NCBI RefSeq assembly: GCF_000142905.1
Contig: NW_013657663.1
Span: 248,001 to 312,000, forward strand
Direction of reading: 5' to 3'
Length of the DNA: 64,000 nucleotides
From: Thecamonas trahens ATCC 50062
Taxonomy: Eukaryota; Protista; Apusomonadida
Shown here: in pieces, positions 1 through 8,245 of the stretch
Position numbering within the stretch: the first letter of the stretch is position 1
Layout of the letters: each line of letters opens with the position of its first letter
Made by a program: the position numbers and the translations under genes
The notes under the pieces: generated by a model
The model's database searches: none
What the model was told of the DNA's origin: nothing
What the model saw: the letters and a program-made list of their open reading frames with translations, nothing else

Positions 1-609
1 GAGGAGGAGCGGGTCCGGCGCAGCGAGATCGCCAAACCATGCAGTGCCGCCCGAAGCAAAGCCGGCCACGGGCGCGTCGGGCGTGGCGAGGCCGAGCGCA
101 GGGAACGCCGCCATCGACCGGATGGTCAACGAGGCGGTGATCCAGACCGGGATTTGGAGCCAGGGGAGGAAGACATGCAACGGAACAGCGCGGCCGCCAG
201 GCAGCGGTAGGCTAGGCGCTGCACCGTGCTTGGCCGCCGCAACCTTGGCCGCCGCCGCTGACGCCCGCGCCAGCTCGGCCTTGAACTCTTCAAAGGGCAG
301 ACCGCGGCGCTTACACGCCGCGGCAGTAGCGATGAGCGTCGCCTGCGCGCCGGCCTTGGCCTCAGCAGCCGCGTTGACAGCGCGGGCTGTGAGCAAGTGC
401 ATGGCGGTCGAGAGCGGCGCCGAGAGCGCAGCACGCGATGCAAGCGTTGCAGCTGCGAGGACCGCCCACCACGGCATGCCCGTGCTGGCGTGCACCGCTT
501 CGAGCCCGCTGGCTAGCGCCGTGGTCGCCTCTGTCAGCAGTGTCCTTCTCGACGGCACGCTTGCCCATGGGGCGCAACTGCGTGCAGCCCGAGTTGCAAC
601 ACGCAGCAT
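1..609 (-). CDS. COX18: Mitochondrial inner-membrane insertase, Oxa1/YidC family, COX18-like (3' end runs off window; not in ORF track)
   Basis: Manual translation from ATG at 609: MLRVATRAARS (Arg-rich, presequence-like), LEAVHASTGMPWWAVLAAATLASR, PWLQIPVWITASLTIRSM, GGTAWFGDLAAPDP. These are Oxa1/Cox18 signature segments. The frame is open to the window edge. Confidence 0.82.
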   Translation of the reverse strand, partial: MLRVATRAARSCAPWASVPSRRTLLTEATTALASGLEAVHASTGMPWWAVLAAATLASRAALSAPLSTAMHLLTARAVNAAAEAKAGAQATLIATAAACKRRGLPFEEFKAELARASAAAAKVAAAKHGAAPSLPLPGGRAVPLHVFLPWLQIPVWITASLTIRSMAAFPALGLATPDAPVAGFASGGTAWFGDLAAPDPLLL

Positions 610-1278
610 GGTGCAGAGTGCGTGGGTGTGAGTGGACAGGGGTGGGGAGCGGGGAGGAGGGGAGGGGAGTGGGGAGAAGTGGTAGGGGTGTCAGCGAGTC
701 GCCGGTGTGAGGGTAACCCATTTGGCGGAGGGCAGCGGGCGAGTGATGGCCGAAGACTTTCTCGTGGGGGAGATGGTGAACGCGAGCGAGGGCATCAAAG
801 TATCCCGGTTGCGCAAGGCGCGTCTGTGCTAGTTGCAGGCGGGCGATGGTGTGGCCGCAGAACGAAACACACAATCCGCTCCTTTAGCTTAGCGTGCCCG
901 CCATATGGTTCGCAGAGTCACTCTATGCGGGTACAGCAGATGTAGGGGAGCACAGGTGTGCCAAACCCATTTGACGACGACACGAACAACTTTGGCCCGC
1001 TCGCGGCCGATTCTGCCCGCGGTCAGTGTCACAGATCGAAAGTCGCGCTCCGCGAAAAACAAAAGTCAGAAATTTGTCCCCCCCGTCCTCTTCCATAGGA
1101 CGGGGGTGCTCAAGCGGAGCAGAGTGACTTTCGGAATCTAAGACACTGTCCGACCTAACAATGCTCGTGGCAGTCACCCAGATTTCCGACAATCTGTTTC
1201 CTTTTTAATTTGTAACGAACACGAACACACGACGATGGATGGCTCATGTTGTGACGACGGAGCTTTGCTGTGCAACAA

Positions 1279-3567
1279 CTACGACCGCGTCCGGGCGGCA
1301 ACGCCAAACCGCTGCATGACCTCAAACAGGAGCTCGGGATTGTGCTTGAGCTCGGCAAATGACGGCTGCTGGCGGACAACCGGGAGATGAGCAACCATAA
1401 AGTCGAGGCAGAGCCGCTTGAGGCCGTCGGAGTGGTAGAGATCGGCGAGCATGAGGAGAAACACGACATTAGGGACGGAGATCGCGGTCCGCAGCGTGTC
1501 GATGCATAGCGCCTTGAGCCGCGGGAGCGCGTACTGCTCGGCCAGCGGAATGAGTTGCGCCGCAAGCTCGAACTGCCCGCGGAGCTGGACATGGTCGGTG
1601 TACATAAACTCGAGGAGTGGCGCAAAGACGGTCGGCTCGACCTCGGGCAGCTCGACAACCGACTCGAGCGACTCGCGCATTGGATTGCGGAACATGAGCC
1701 GGAAGGTCTCGGAGCGGGCGCAGAGGATGAGCTTGTGAGCCGGGACTGCGACGCGGGAGGCGCCGACCCGAAAGGTGACATCGGCTAGCTCGGGGCAGTT
1801 GAGAAACGCGCGCAGGTCCGAGTCGAGCGACGGCGGCGGGACAACGATGGGCTCGAGCGCAAGCTCGAGCAGGTCATTGCGAAAGTGCTTTCGCTTCTTG
1901 ATCGAGTCGTTGGCGTAGCCACCAAAAACGACAATGCGGTCGTTGCAGACAACGGCCGAGGCAAAAGAGCGGGCGCGCGGCTGGATGCCGCGGCACTCGA
2001 TCCGCCGCCACTCAAAGCGCCCGTTGGCCTGTGGCCGGAGCGCCACCCGCCAGACCACCCCGCGCTCGCCATGCTTGCCACCAAACACGTACATGTCGCC
2101 GTAGTGTGTCACAGCAACGTGACCCGACCGCAGCTCGGGTGGCTCGCCGTCAAACTCGAGCACCCGCCACGTCCGCGTTGCAAATTGGTACTGAAACAGG
2201 ATCGACGACGCCGAGAGCGCTCCGGTCTGACCGCCAAACACATACATCAAGCCCTCGTGGACCACAGCAGTGTGGCCCTTGAGCGCCTGCGGCGCGCCGT
2301 CGGCGCCCATCACGTCGGCGCCCGACGGCCGCCGCCGGTGGCGGGTCGGCTGCTGCCCAGCCGGCCGCGTCCGTAGAACCGGACTCTCAACCGCAGACAC
2401 TGCCCGCGGCGAGACTGCCGGCGAGAGCTGCAACACTGGCGGGACCGTCTCGGCAACAGTTTCCACACGCGACCACTCAAAGGTGACCAGCGAAAGTCGG
2501 TGGATCTGTGATGAGTGGTGCGTTCCGCAAAAGCCGCCAAACACATACATGGCCCGCTCCGGCTCGACCCCGCCATCGCCCACGGTCTGCCCGGCAGGCG
2601 GCCAGACCACCGCCGTGTGCGACCGCCGCCCAGCAGGCACAAGCCCGCTCACTTGCACGGGCACCCACTCGCACTCGTCAAAGTCGAACTTGAGAACGTC
2701 GTCGTAGTACGTCCCGCCGTGGCCCGAGTGTCCGCCAAACACGTACATCGCCCGCCCGCATCGCACCGCAGAGTGGTAGAACCGCGGTGCAGGGAGGTCG
2801 CCCCCGGGCTCAAGCTGCGTCCACACGTTCGAGTCAAAGTGAAAGACCCAGAGGTCGGCCAGCGTGCCTACCTCGGGATTGAACCCGCCAAACACGTACA
2901 TGCACCCATCAAACTCGATCGCGGTGTGTCCGTACCGCAGGACAGGCGTCTGCGGCTCAGCCGGCGACACAATCCGCCACACAAACGGATCATGCACCGC
3001 CGCTCCGGGCACCGACATGGCCATGCCACCGCCGCTAGGTCCACTCGATCGTGAGACCGCCAGCCGCGGTGAGGTCGCCGACCGCGGCGCCGCCGCTGTG
3101 GCCCCACCCGCTTGTGCTGTCACTGCACTCGCCACCGCCGCCGCTGCTGCCGCCGCTGCACTCACCAGCGACGGGCTCGGTGCCGCTGAGACTGACCGAT
3201 GCATCGTCGGGCTCGCCGACGATCCGTCCATCCTCGTCTCCGAGTCGGACGACGATCGGACTCGCCGTGGCCGGTTCGGCTGCGGCACCGCCAGCCGCTC
3301 TCCCGTCCCAGTCATCTGCTGTGACGAGCAATACGACGACGATGCATCCCGCGCCTGGTTGGTCCGGGAAGAGGTCGATGTTGATGACGACGAGGTTGAT
3401 GATGACGAGGTTGACGACGACGAGGTTGACGACGAGGACAGTGCTCGCCGAGGAGGGGAGGACGGCGACGACGAGGTGGTAGGTGCTGTACGTGGCAGGA
3501 TGGGCGACGAACCTGACGGCGTAGCCGACGACCCGTCCGCCGAGGCCTCCCCGGGTGGGTCTGACAT
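1279..3567 (-). CDS. Kelch-repeat + BTB/POZ protein (LZTR1-like architecture, probable CUL3 adaptor)
   Basis: Six kelch repeats (R.GH/HSA...MYVFGG), then a BTB domain (ADVTFRVG...AHKLILCARSETF...LLEFMYTD) and a BACK-like helix. Ser/Pro-rich N-terminus. Confidence 0.9.
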   Translation of the reverse strand: MSDPPGEASADGSSATPSGSSPILPRTAPTTSSSPSSPPRRALSSSSTSSSSTSSSSTSSSSTSTSSRTNQARDASSSYCSSQQMTGTGERLAVPQPNRPRRVRSSSDSETRMDGSSASPTMHRSVSAAPSPSLVSAAAAAAAAVASAVTAQAGGATAAAPRSATSPRLAVSRSSGPSGGGMAMSVPGAAVHDPFVWRIVSPAEPQTPVLRYGHTAIEFDGCMYVFGGFNPEVGTLADLWVFHFDSNVWTQLEPGGDLPAPRFYHSAVRCGRAMYVFGGHSGHGGTYYDDVLKFDFDECEWVPVQVSGLVPAGRRSHTAVVWPPAGQTVGDGGVEPERAMYVFGGFCGTHHSSQIHRLSLVTFEWSRVETVAETVPPVLQLSPAVSPRAVSAVESPVLRTRPAGQQPTRHRRRPSGADVMGADGAPQALKGHTAVVHEGLMYVFGGQTGALSASSILFQYQFATRTWRVLEFDGEPPELRSGHVAVTHYGDMYVFGGKHGERGVVWRVALRPQANGRFEWRRIECRGIQPRARSFASAVVCNDRIVVFGGYANDSIKKRKHFRNDLLELALEPIVVPPPSLDSDLRAFLNCPELADVTFRVGASRVAVPAHKLILCARSETFRLMFRNPMRESLESVVELPEVEPTVFAPLLEFMYTDHVQLRGQFELAAQLIPLAEQYALPRLKALCIDTLRTAISVPNVVFLLMLADLYHSDGLKRLCLDFMVAHLPVVRQQPSFAELKHNPELLFEVMQRFGVAARTRS

Positions 3568-3759
3568 AGGGGACGACGAATGGGGGTAAAGTGGTGAGTT
3601 GTGTGGCGTGAGTGCGACTCGGGAGTTTGCAGGTGGAAGGGGGAGGGGGGGGGGGGGGGGGGGGGACAGGGATGGTCACACACTTGACACCCACCCACCC
3701 CCCCCCCCCACCACACACACACACATACATACACACACGCGCACACACATTCAAACATC

Positions 3760-4504
3760 ATGTCGGGAGGTAGCACTATGGATAACTTTGTCAACGTCAA
3801 CATTGCCAAGGTACGGGTGTCGGCCGGGGGTCGGCTGGGTCGTCGTCGTCGTCTTGGCGCCAAGGGAAGCGAGGAGGGGGGGGGGGGGGGGGGGGGGGGT
3901 ATTGAAGACCACCTACACACACACTAGCACGACTCACACTCATTGACCGGCATTGCGCTCGCGGATGGAATGCTTGGCAACATGGACGGCGTGGGCACTC
4001 TCTCTTTGGGCTGATGAATGGGCGGGGGTTGGGTGCGCTGATCGGATATGGACCGGGCTGGCTGGCTTTGCCTTGCCTGTTGTCATGCCGGTGGTTGGAT
4101 GCGCATGGTAATGGTGCGGGTGCTTCTGATGGGACGGTCTGTGATCGCGTGTAGTTGACGTCGTTCCGTGGCGTCAAGGTTGATGGCACCGGGCCGTCTA
4201 TCCGTGTCCCGGGTACGTTCACGCTGTGTGTAAGAGATGAGGGGGAGAGGCGAGCGAGTGAGTTCTGACTGACACCGCATGTTGGGGCGAGAGGACAGGC
4301 ATCGGCGACATCTCGGCTGATGCGCTCGAGGAGGCTGGCATCATGACTCCGCTGCAGCTGCTGGGCCAGTATCTGGCGCTGGCAGACGAGGACGCGTTTG
4401 TGCAGTGGGCCACCGAGCTGGGCTGCATCGAGTGGCGGCTCCGCGACCCGACCAAGGGCACCGTCGTCGCACTTCGCCAGATCTGCGAGAAGCTGTTCTC
4501 CTGA
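3760..4504 (+). CDS. BANF1: Barrier-to-autointegration factor (BAF)-like protein, 3 exons: join(3760..3810,4155..4212,4299..4504), 104 aa; not in ORF track
   Basis: Spliced translation: MSGGSTMDNFVNVNIAK|LTSFRGVKVDGTGPSIRVPG|IGDISADALEEAGIMTPLQLLGQYLALADEDAFVQWATELGCIEWRLRDPTKGTVVALRQICEKLFS*. It matches the BAF pattern GIG...LEE.G...LGQ(F/Y)L.L..DE..F..W. Introns are GTACGG..TAG and GTACGT..CAG, phases are compatible, and a CTGAC branch-like site precedes the second acceptor. Confidence 0.8.
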
Positions 4505-4550
4505 GCGAGCATCAGCTACTTGGCACATGTAAACTCATCCATTCATCCCT

Positions 4551-7500
4551 TTACTCCTCACTCTCGCCCTTGACATACCCATCGCCGAGGTCGCCAGTCA
4601 CCAGCGACGCCACAGAGTTGGTCCGCGAGCCGCCAGCGGGTGGCAGTGTTGAGCCGATGTTCGTGGCGGCCTCGTTGGTCTCGCCGTCGTCAGCCTCAGC
4701 CTCGCCTCCCGATTTTGCCTTGACAGACCGCCGCCGGCGCGCCCGCTTCTTCCTCTTCCGCTTGCGCTTCTTGACCAAAGGCACGGTCCCATCGGCAGCA
4801 TTCTCGGCCCCAGACTCGGCCTTAGCCTCGTCCGCCCCAGACTCGGCCTCAGCCACAACCTCGCCCTCGGCCTCAGTCGCAGCTTCAGCCTCAGCCTCAG
4901 CCTCGACCTCGGGCACAAACGACTTGATGCGATACCGCACGGTCTTTCCGGTCATCCACGAGTAGTGGTTCGACCACTTGAACGAGTAAACGCCCGGAAC
5001 CGGCGCGACAAGCAGCGCATCGTAAACGACGTCGCCGCCGCCAGGCGCCGCGGGCACGCGCCGCAGCGGCACCACCGCCATGTCCTCAGTCAGCTCGGAC
5101 GAGCGCCAGTAGACGGCAAAGTCGATGTCGAGCGCTGCAAGGCTGAACGAATAGAGGAAGACTGTGTCAGCCACATCGACTGTGAAAGAGACGACGCCCG
5201 TGAGCCCAGCGTGGATGAGAAGCTCGCCCTCCGAGACAGTGCCTGGCAGCTCACGTGCCGGTTGCAGGCTCGGCTGCAGGTTGCGCGGCGAGAGGCTGGC
5301 CACGCCGGCAGCCAGCTCGGGCTTGGCAAGCAGGCCTGTCATCCGGGTGGCGTCGGCAGCCTCGACCGAGCTGGTCGCCAGGCTGGCAATTGCCGCTGCC
5401 ACCGCCTGCCGCACCCGCTCGCTAGGGTGCTCGACCGCAACGGTGAGCGCTGCCAGATACTTGGCCGCCAGGCTCGGCACGTCGGCCGACGCCACAGACA
5501 AGTTGCGCAGCAAGTCGGCAAAGGCAACCACGTCATCTTCGTCGTCCGAGTTGCTCAGTGCCACAAGCACTGCGTCCCACACCTTGACGGCCTCCGGCAC
5601 CGTCTCTAGCCGTCGCACCAGCTGCAGCCGCGCCGTGTCGACCGGCGCCTCGCCCTCCCGCCCGGCTCCGCCTACCATCCACAGCACGTTGCCTGCCAGC
5701 CCGCCGCAACCCGCCAGCGACCGCGGAACCACATGCACGCCCTCGTATTGGACACTTGTCCACTTGTCGGTGATGAGCTCGCAAAGCGCAAGGTCGCCGA
5801 GCTTGCGTCCTTCCGAATACAAAGTGGTAGCGTACGTCCGCCGCTGCTCCTCGGCGTCGGTACCGTCGTCAGCGGCGGCGGCGCTCTCGCCGGCCTCGTC
5901 GCGGCCGTCGGCGCGCGCCTCCCATGGCTTGTTGTCAAACGCGACCCGCTCCTCAGCAAGGAGCGACCAGCCGCCAAAAACGCCAAAGGCGTGCGGCCCA
6001 GTCCAGAACGCAGCATGCGCCGCCCGCGGCCGCCCGCTCTCGCCAAGCTTTGTCCACGTCCGGTGTCCAAGATCGAGCAGGTACGAATCGCCGTGCGTGG
6101 CAAGGGTAAAGCCGCCAGTGACAATGAGCTTCCGCCCAGAGCTTCCAGTCTCCAGGTGCGAGGCCTCCAGCGTGGCGTGGCCATCGCGGAGTGTCGGCCC
6201 GTTGCCGGTGATCATCGACAGCGCACTCCGCACGCGTCCATCGTCCTCGACGTCGAGCGCAAGGACCCACACGTCATTGTACTTGTATCCGTCGCAGTAG
6301 CCGCCGACAACGACAAGTGCGTCTGGATCGTGCAGCCCGGTGAGCGTGTGCCCGGTCCGCGGCGGCAGCGGCTTGCCCACACACTCCACCTCGCGCCACT
6401 CGCGAGTCACCGTGTCAAACGCGTGCAGGTAAGATGTCGGCGTCGAGGTCAGCGCGAGGCCGCCGTGGATGTACAGTGTGTGCCCGACCCGCGCCGCTGC
6501 ATGCCGTGTCCGCACCGCAGGCACAACACTCGACGACGCCGCAGCTTCGACGACCTCCCATGCCCCGCTCACCACATCGAGCGTCCGCAGCATGTTCGTT
6601 CTGCTCCCGTCGGCAAGCTCGCCGCCAAACACATACATCTTCGTCCCGACGAGCGTAACTGACGCACCGCGCGTCTCTCCAGCAGGGTCGGGCTCGACGC
6701 CGGCCGTCGCGTTGATCACGCCCGTCACGACGTGGCGGGCCGTCACCGCAACCATGCCGTCGAGCGCAGCGCGACGCACATGAGGTGGGCTCGCCAGCCG
6801 TGCCACTGCGCCCGCGAAAAACTCCAGCGCGTCCTGGGCTGCGCCCAGCGGCAGCGCCCCACCGCTCCGCACCATGCCGACAAGGCTCTCTACAGCCAGC
6901 GTGTGGAGCGGGTCGCCAGGCGCCGCAGAGTCGGCAAGCGCTGCTACCCGGAACGTTCCACCGGTCTCACACAAGACGCGCCAGACTGACGCATCGCGGG
7001 CGCAGAGCAGCAGCGCACGGAGGCCAACAATCTGCCACCGCCTCTCCTGCGAGTACACCAGCTGCTCGAGCAAAAAGTAGGTGCCACAGAGTAGTGCGAG
7101 TGAGTCATGCATCTTGACCTCGCTCACAAGCGGGGCCAGAGCCTCGCGCGCAGCCGAGCACACGCTTAGCGGCTCGGAGCTCGCCAGCTCGGCCATGCAC
7201 GACACAATCGAGACCAGAAACGGCGGCGGCGGCGGCTCGAGGCCAGCAAGCTGAGCGTCAATGTGCGCCCAGACGCCGGCTTCAAACTCGGCCCGATGAT
7301 GCATCTCCTTGCCAAGTTGCAGCACAAACGAGAGCCCGCCCACAGCCTGAACTCGTAGCTCATCGTCGAGCATGGGGTCAGAGGCGAAAGCCATGAGTGT
7401 GTTGGCCAGGTCGATTACCTTGTTGCGGAGGTCAGCAAAGTCGGCCGAGCTCAGCAGCTCGGTCGGATCTTCGACGTAGGAAGCATCCGTGGCTGAAGCC

Positions 7501-8075
7501 TCAGACGCGGCGATGACCTTGTCCAGCAGCGCCGTGACAACGTCGGCCGCCGCATACGCCAGCATCTTGAGGGCATAGACCTGGACGCCCGGACTGGCGT
7601 CCGAGGCCACTCGGCGGAGGCGGGAGACCGAGAAGACACGATACAAGATCTTGCGCGCATCCGCGGTCGAGGCCATGCCTACCAGCGCCAGTGCCGCAGC
7701 TTCGGCCGTCTCGGGCCCGGTCCGGCCATCAGGCTCGCACAGCGCCAGCAGGACGACCAGGTGGGCCGAGTCGAGCGCCGCCACAAACCGGGTGGCGAGC
7801 CACGGCAGCGCGGAGGCAATCAGCGCCAGAGCATGGAGTACTTGAGTGCTCTCAGCCTCGTCGACCTTGCCTTCGGCGCTGAGCACCGAATCCGCCAGTG
7901 CCTGCATCACCCCCACCACCGCAGCTTCGGCCACCGGCAGCTCGTCGCTCTTGGTCGCCCCACACCCGTCGAGAGCGTCGGCGAGGGCGTCGGCGGCCTT
8001 CGCCAGTCCGAGCTCGCGCGGAAGGCCTGCTGCCTCCAGGGCGGCTACTAGTGCTTGAGTTGTACTTGCTGCCAT
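4551..8075 (-). CDS. ARM/HEAT-like + Kelch + GOLD domain protein
   Basis: Ala/Leu-rich helical N-terminus; kelch repeats (MYVFGG, LYIHGG, VVVGG, IVTGG, VFGG, WMVGG); C-terminal GOLD (YSFSLAALDIDFAVY...PGVYSFKWSNHYSWMTGKTVRYRI); basic tail KKRKRKRKKRARRRR. First ATG at 8075. Confidence 0.82.
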   Translation of the reverse strand: MAASTTQALVAALEAAGLPRELGLAKAADALADALDGCGATKSDELPVAEAAVVGVMQALADSVLSAEGKVDEAESTQVLHALALIASALPWLATRFVAALDSAHLVVLLALCEPDGRTGPETAEAAALALVGMASTADARKILYRVFSVSRLRRVASDASPGVQVYALKMLAYAAADVVTALLDKVIAASEASATDASYVEDPTELLSSADFADLRNKVIDLANTLMAFASDPMLDDELRVQAVGGLSFVLQLGKEMHHRAEFEAGVWAHIDAQLAGLEPPPPPFLVSIVSCMAELASSEPLSVCSAAREALAPLVSEVKMHDSLALLCGTYFLLEQLVYSQERRWQIVGLRALLLCARDASVWRVLCETGGTFRVAALADSAAPGDPLHTLAVESLVGMVRSGGALPLGAAQDALEFFAGAVARLASPPHVRRAALDGMVAVTARHVVTGVINATAGVEPDPAGETRGASVTLVGTKMYVFGGELADGSRTNMLRTLDVVSGAWEVVEAAASSSVVPAVRTRHAAARVGHTLYIHGGLALTSTPTSYLHAFDTVTREWREVECVGKPLPPRTGHTLTGLHDPDALVVVGGYCDGYKYNDVWVLALDVEDDGRVRSALSMITGNGPTLRDGHATLEASHLETGSSGRKLIVTGGFTLATHGDSYLLDLGHRTWTKLGESGRPRAAHAAFWTGPHAFGVFGGWSLLAEERVAFDNKPWEARADGRDEAGESAAAADDGTDAEEQRRTYATTLYSEGRKLGDLALCELITDKWTSVQYEGVHVVPRSLAGCGGLAGNVLWMVGGAGREGEAPVDTARLQLVRRLETVPEAVKVWDAVLVALSNSDDEDDVVAFADLLRNLSVASADVPSLAAKYLAALTVAVEHPSERVRQAVAAAIASLATSSVEAADATRMTGLLAKPELAAGVASLSPRNLQPSLQPARELPGTVSEGELLIHAGLTGVVSFTVDVADTVFLYSFSLAALDIDFAVYWRSSELTEDMAVVPLRRVPAAPGGGDVVYDALLVAPVPGVYSFKWSNHYSWMTGKTVRYRIKSFVPEVEAEAEAEAATEAEGEVVAEAESGADEAKAESGAENAADGTVPLVKKRKRKRKKRARRRRSVKAKSGGEAEADDGETNEAATNIGSTLPPAGGSRTNSVASLVTGDLGDGYVKGESEE

Positions 8076-8245
8076 GGTGTCGTGCACGTGGGTGCGGCAA
8101 GGTGTCAAGTGTGGCCGGGTCTGGTCGCAAGGGGGGAGAGGGAGGGAGGGATCGAACGGGCAGCCGCAACTGACGAGTGTTGACGAGTTCAGGGCTCGGG
8201 GCTCGGGAGATTGCAGGATGTTCCATTTGTTTCAGTCTTGTACAT

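Noticed and set aside
44-631. 195-aa plus-strand ORF
   Set aside because: It is the antisense of the COX18-like gene, which carries the recognisable motifs.
3797-4528. 243-aa minus ORF as a possible extra 3' exon of the Kelch-GOLD gene (a GTATGT..CAG pair exists near 4578-4502)
   Set aside because: It is the antisense of BAF exon 3. The Kelch-GOLD ORF has its own stop at 4551.
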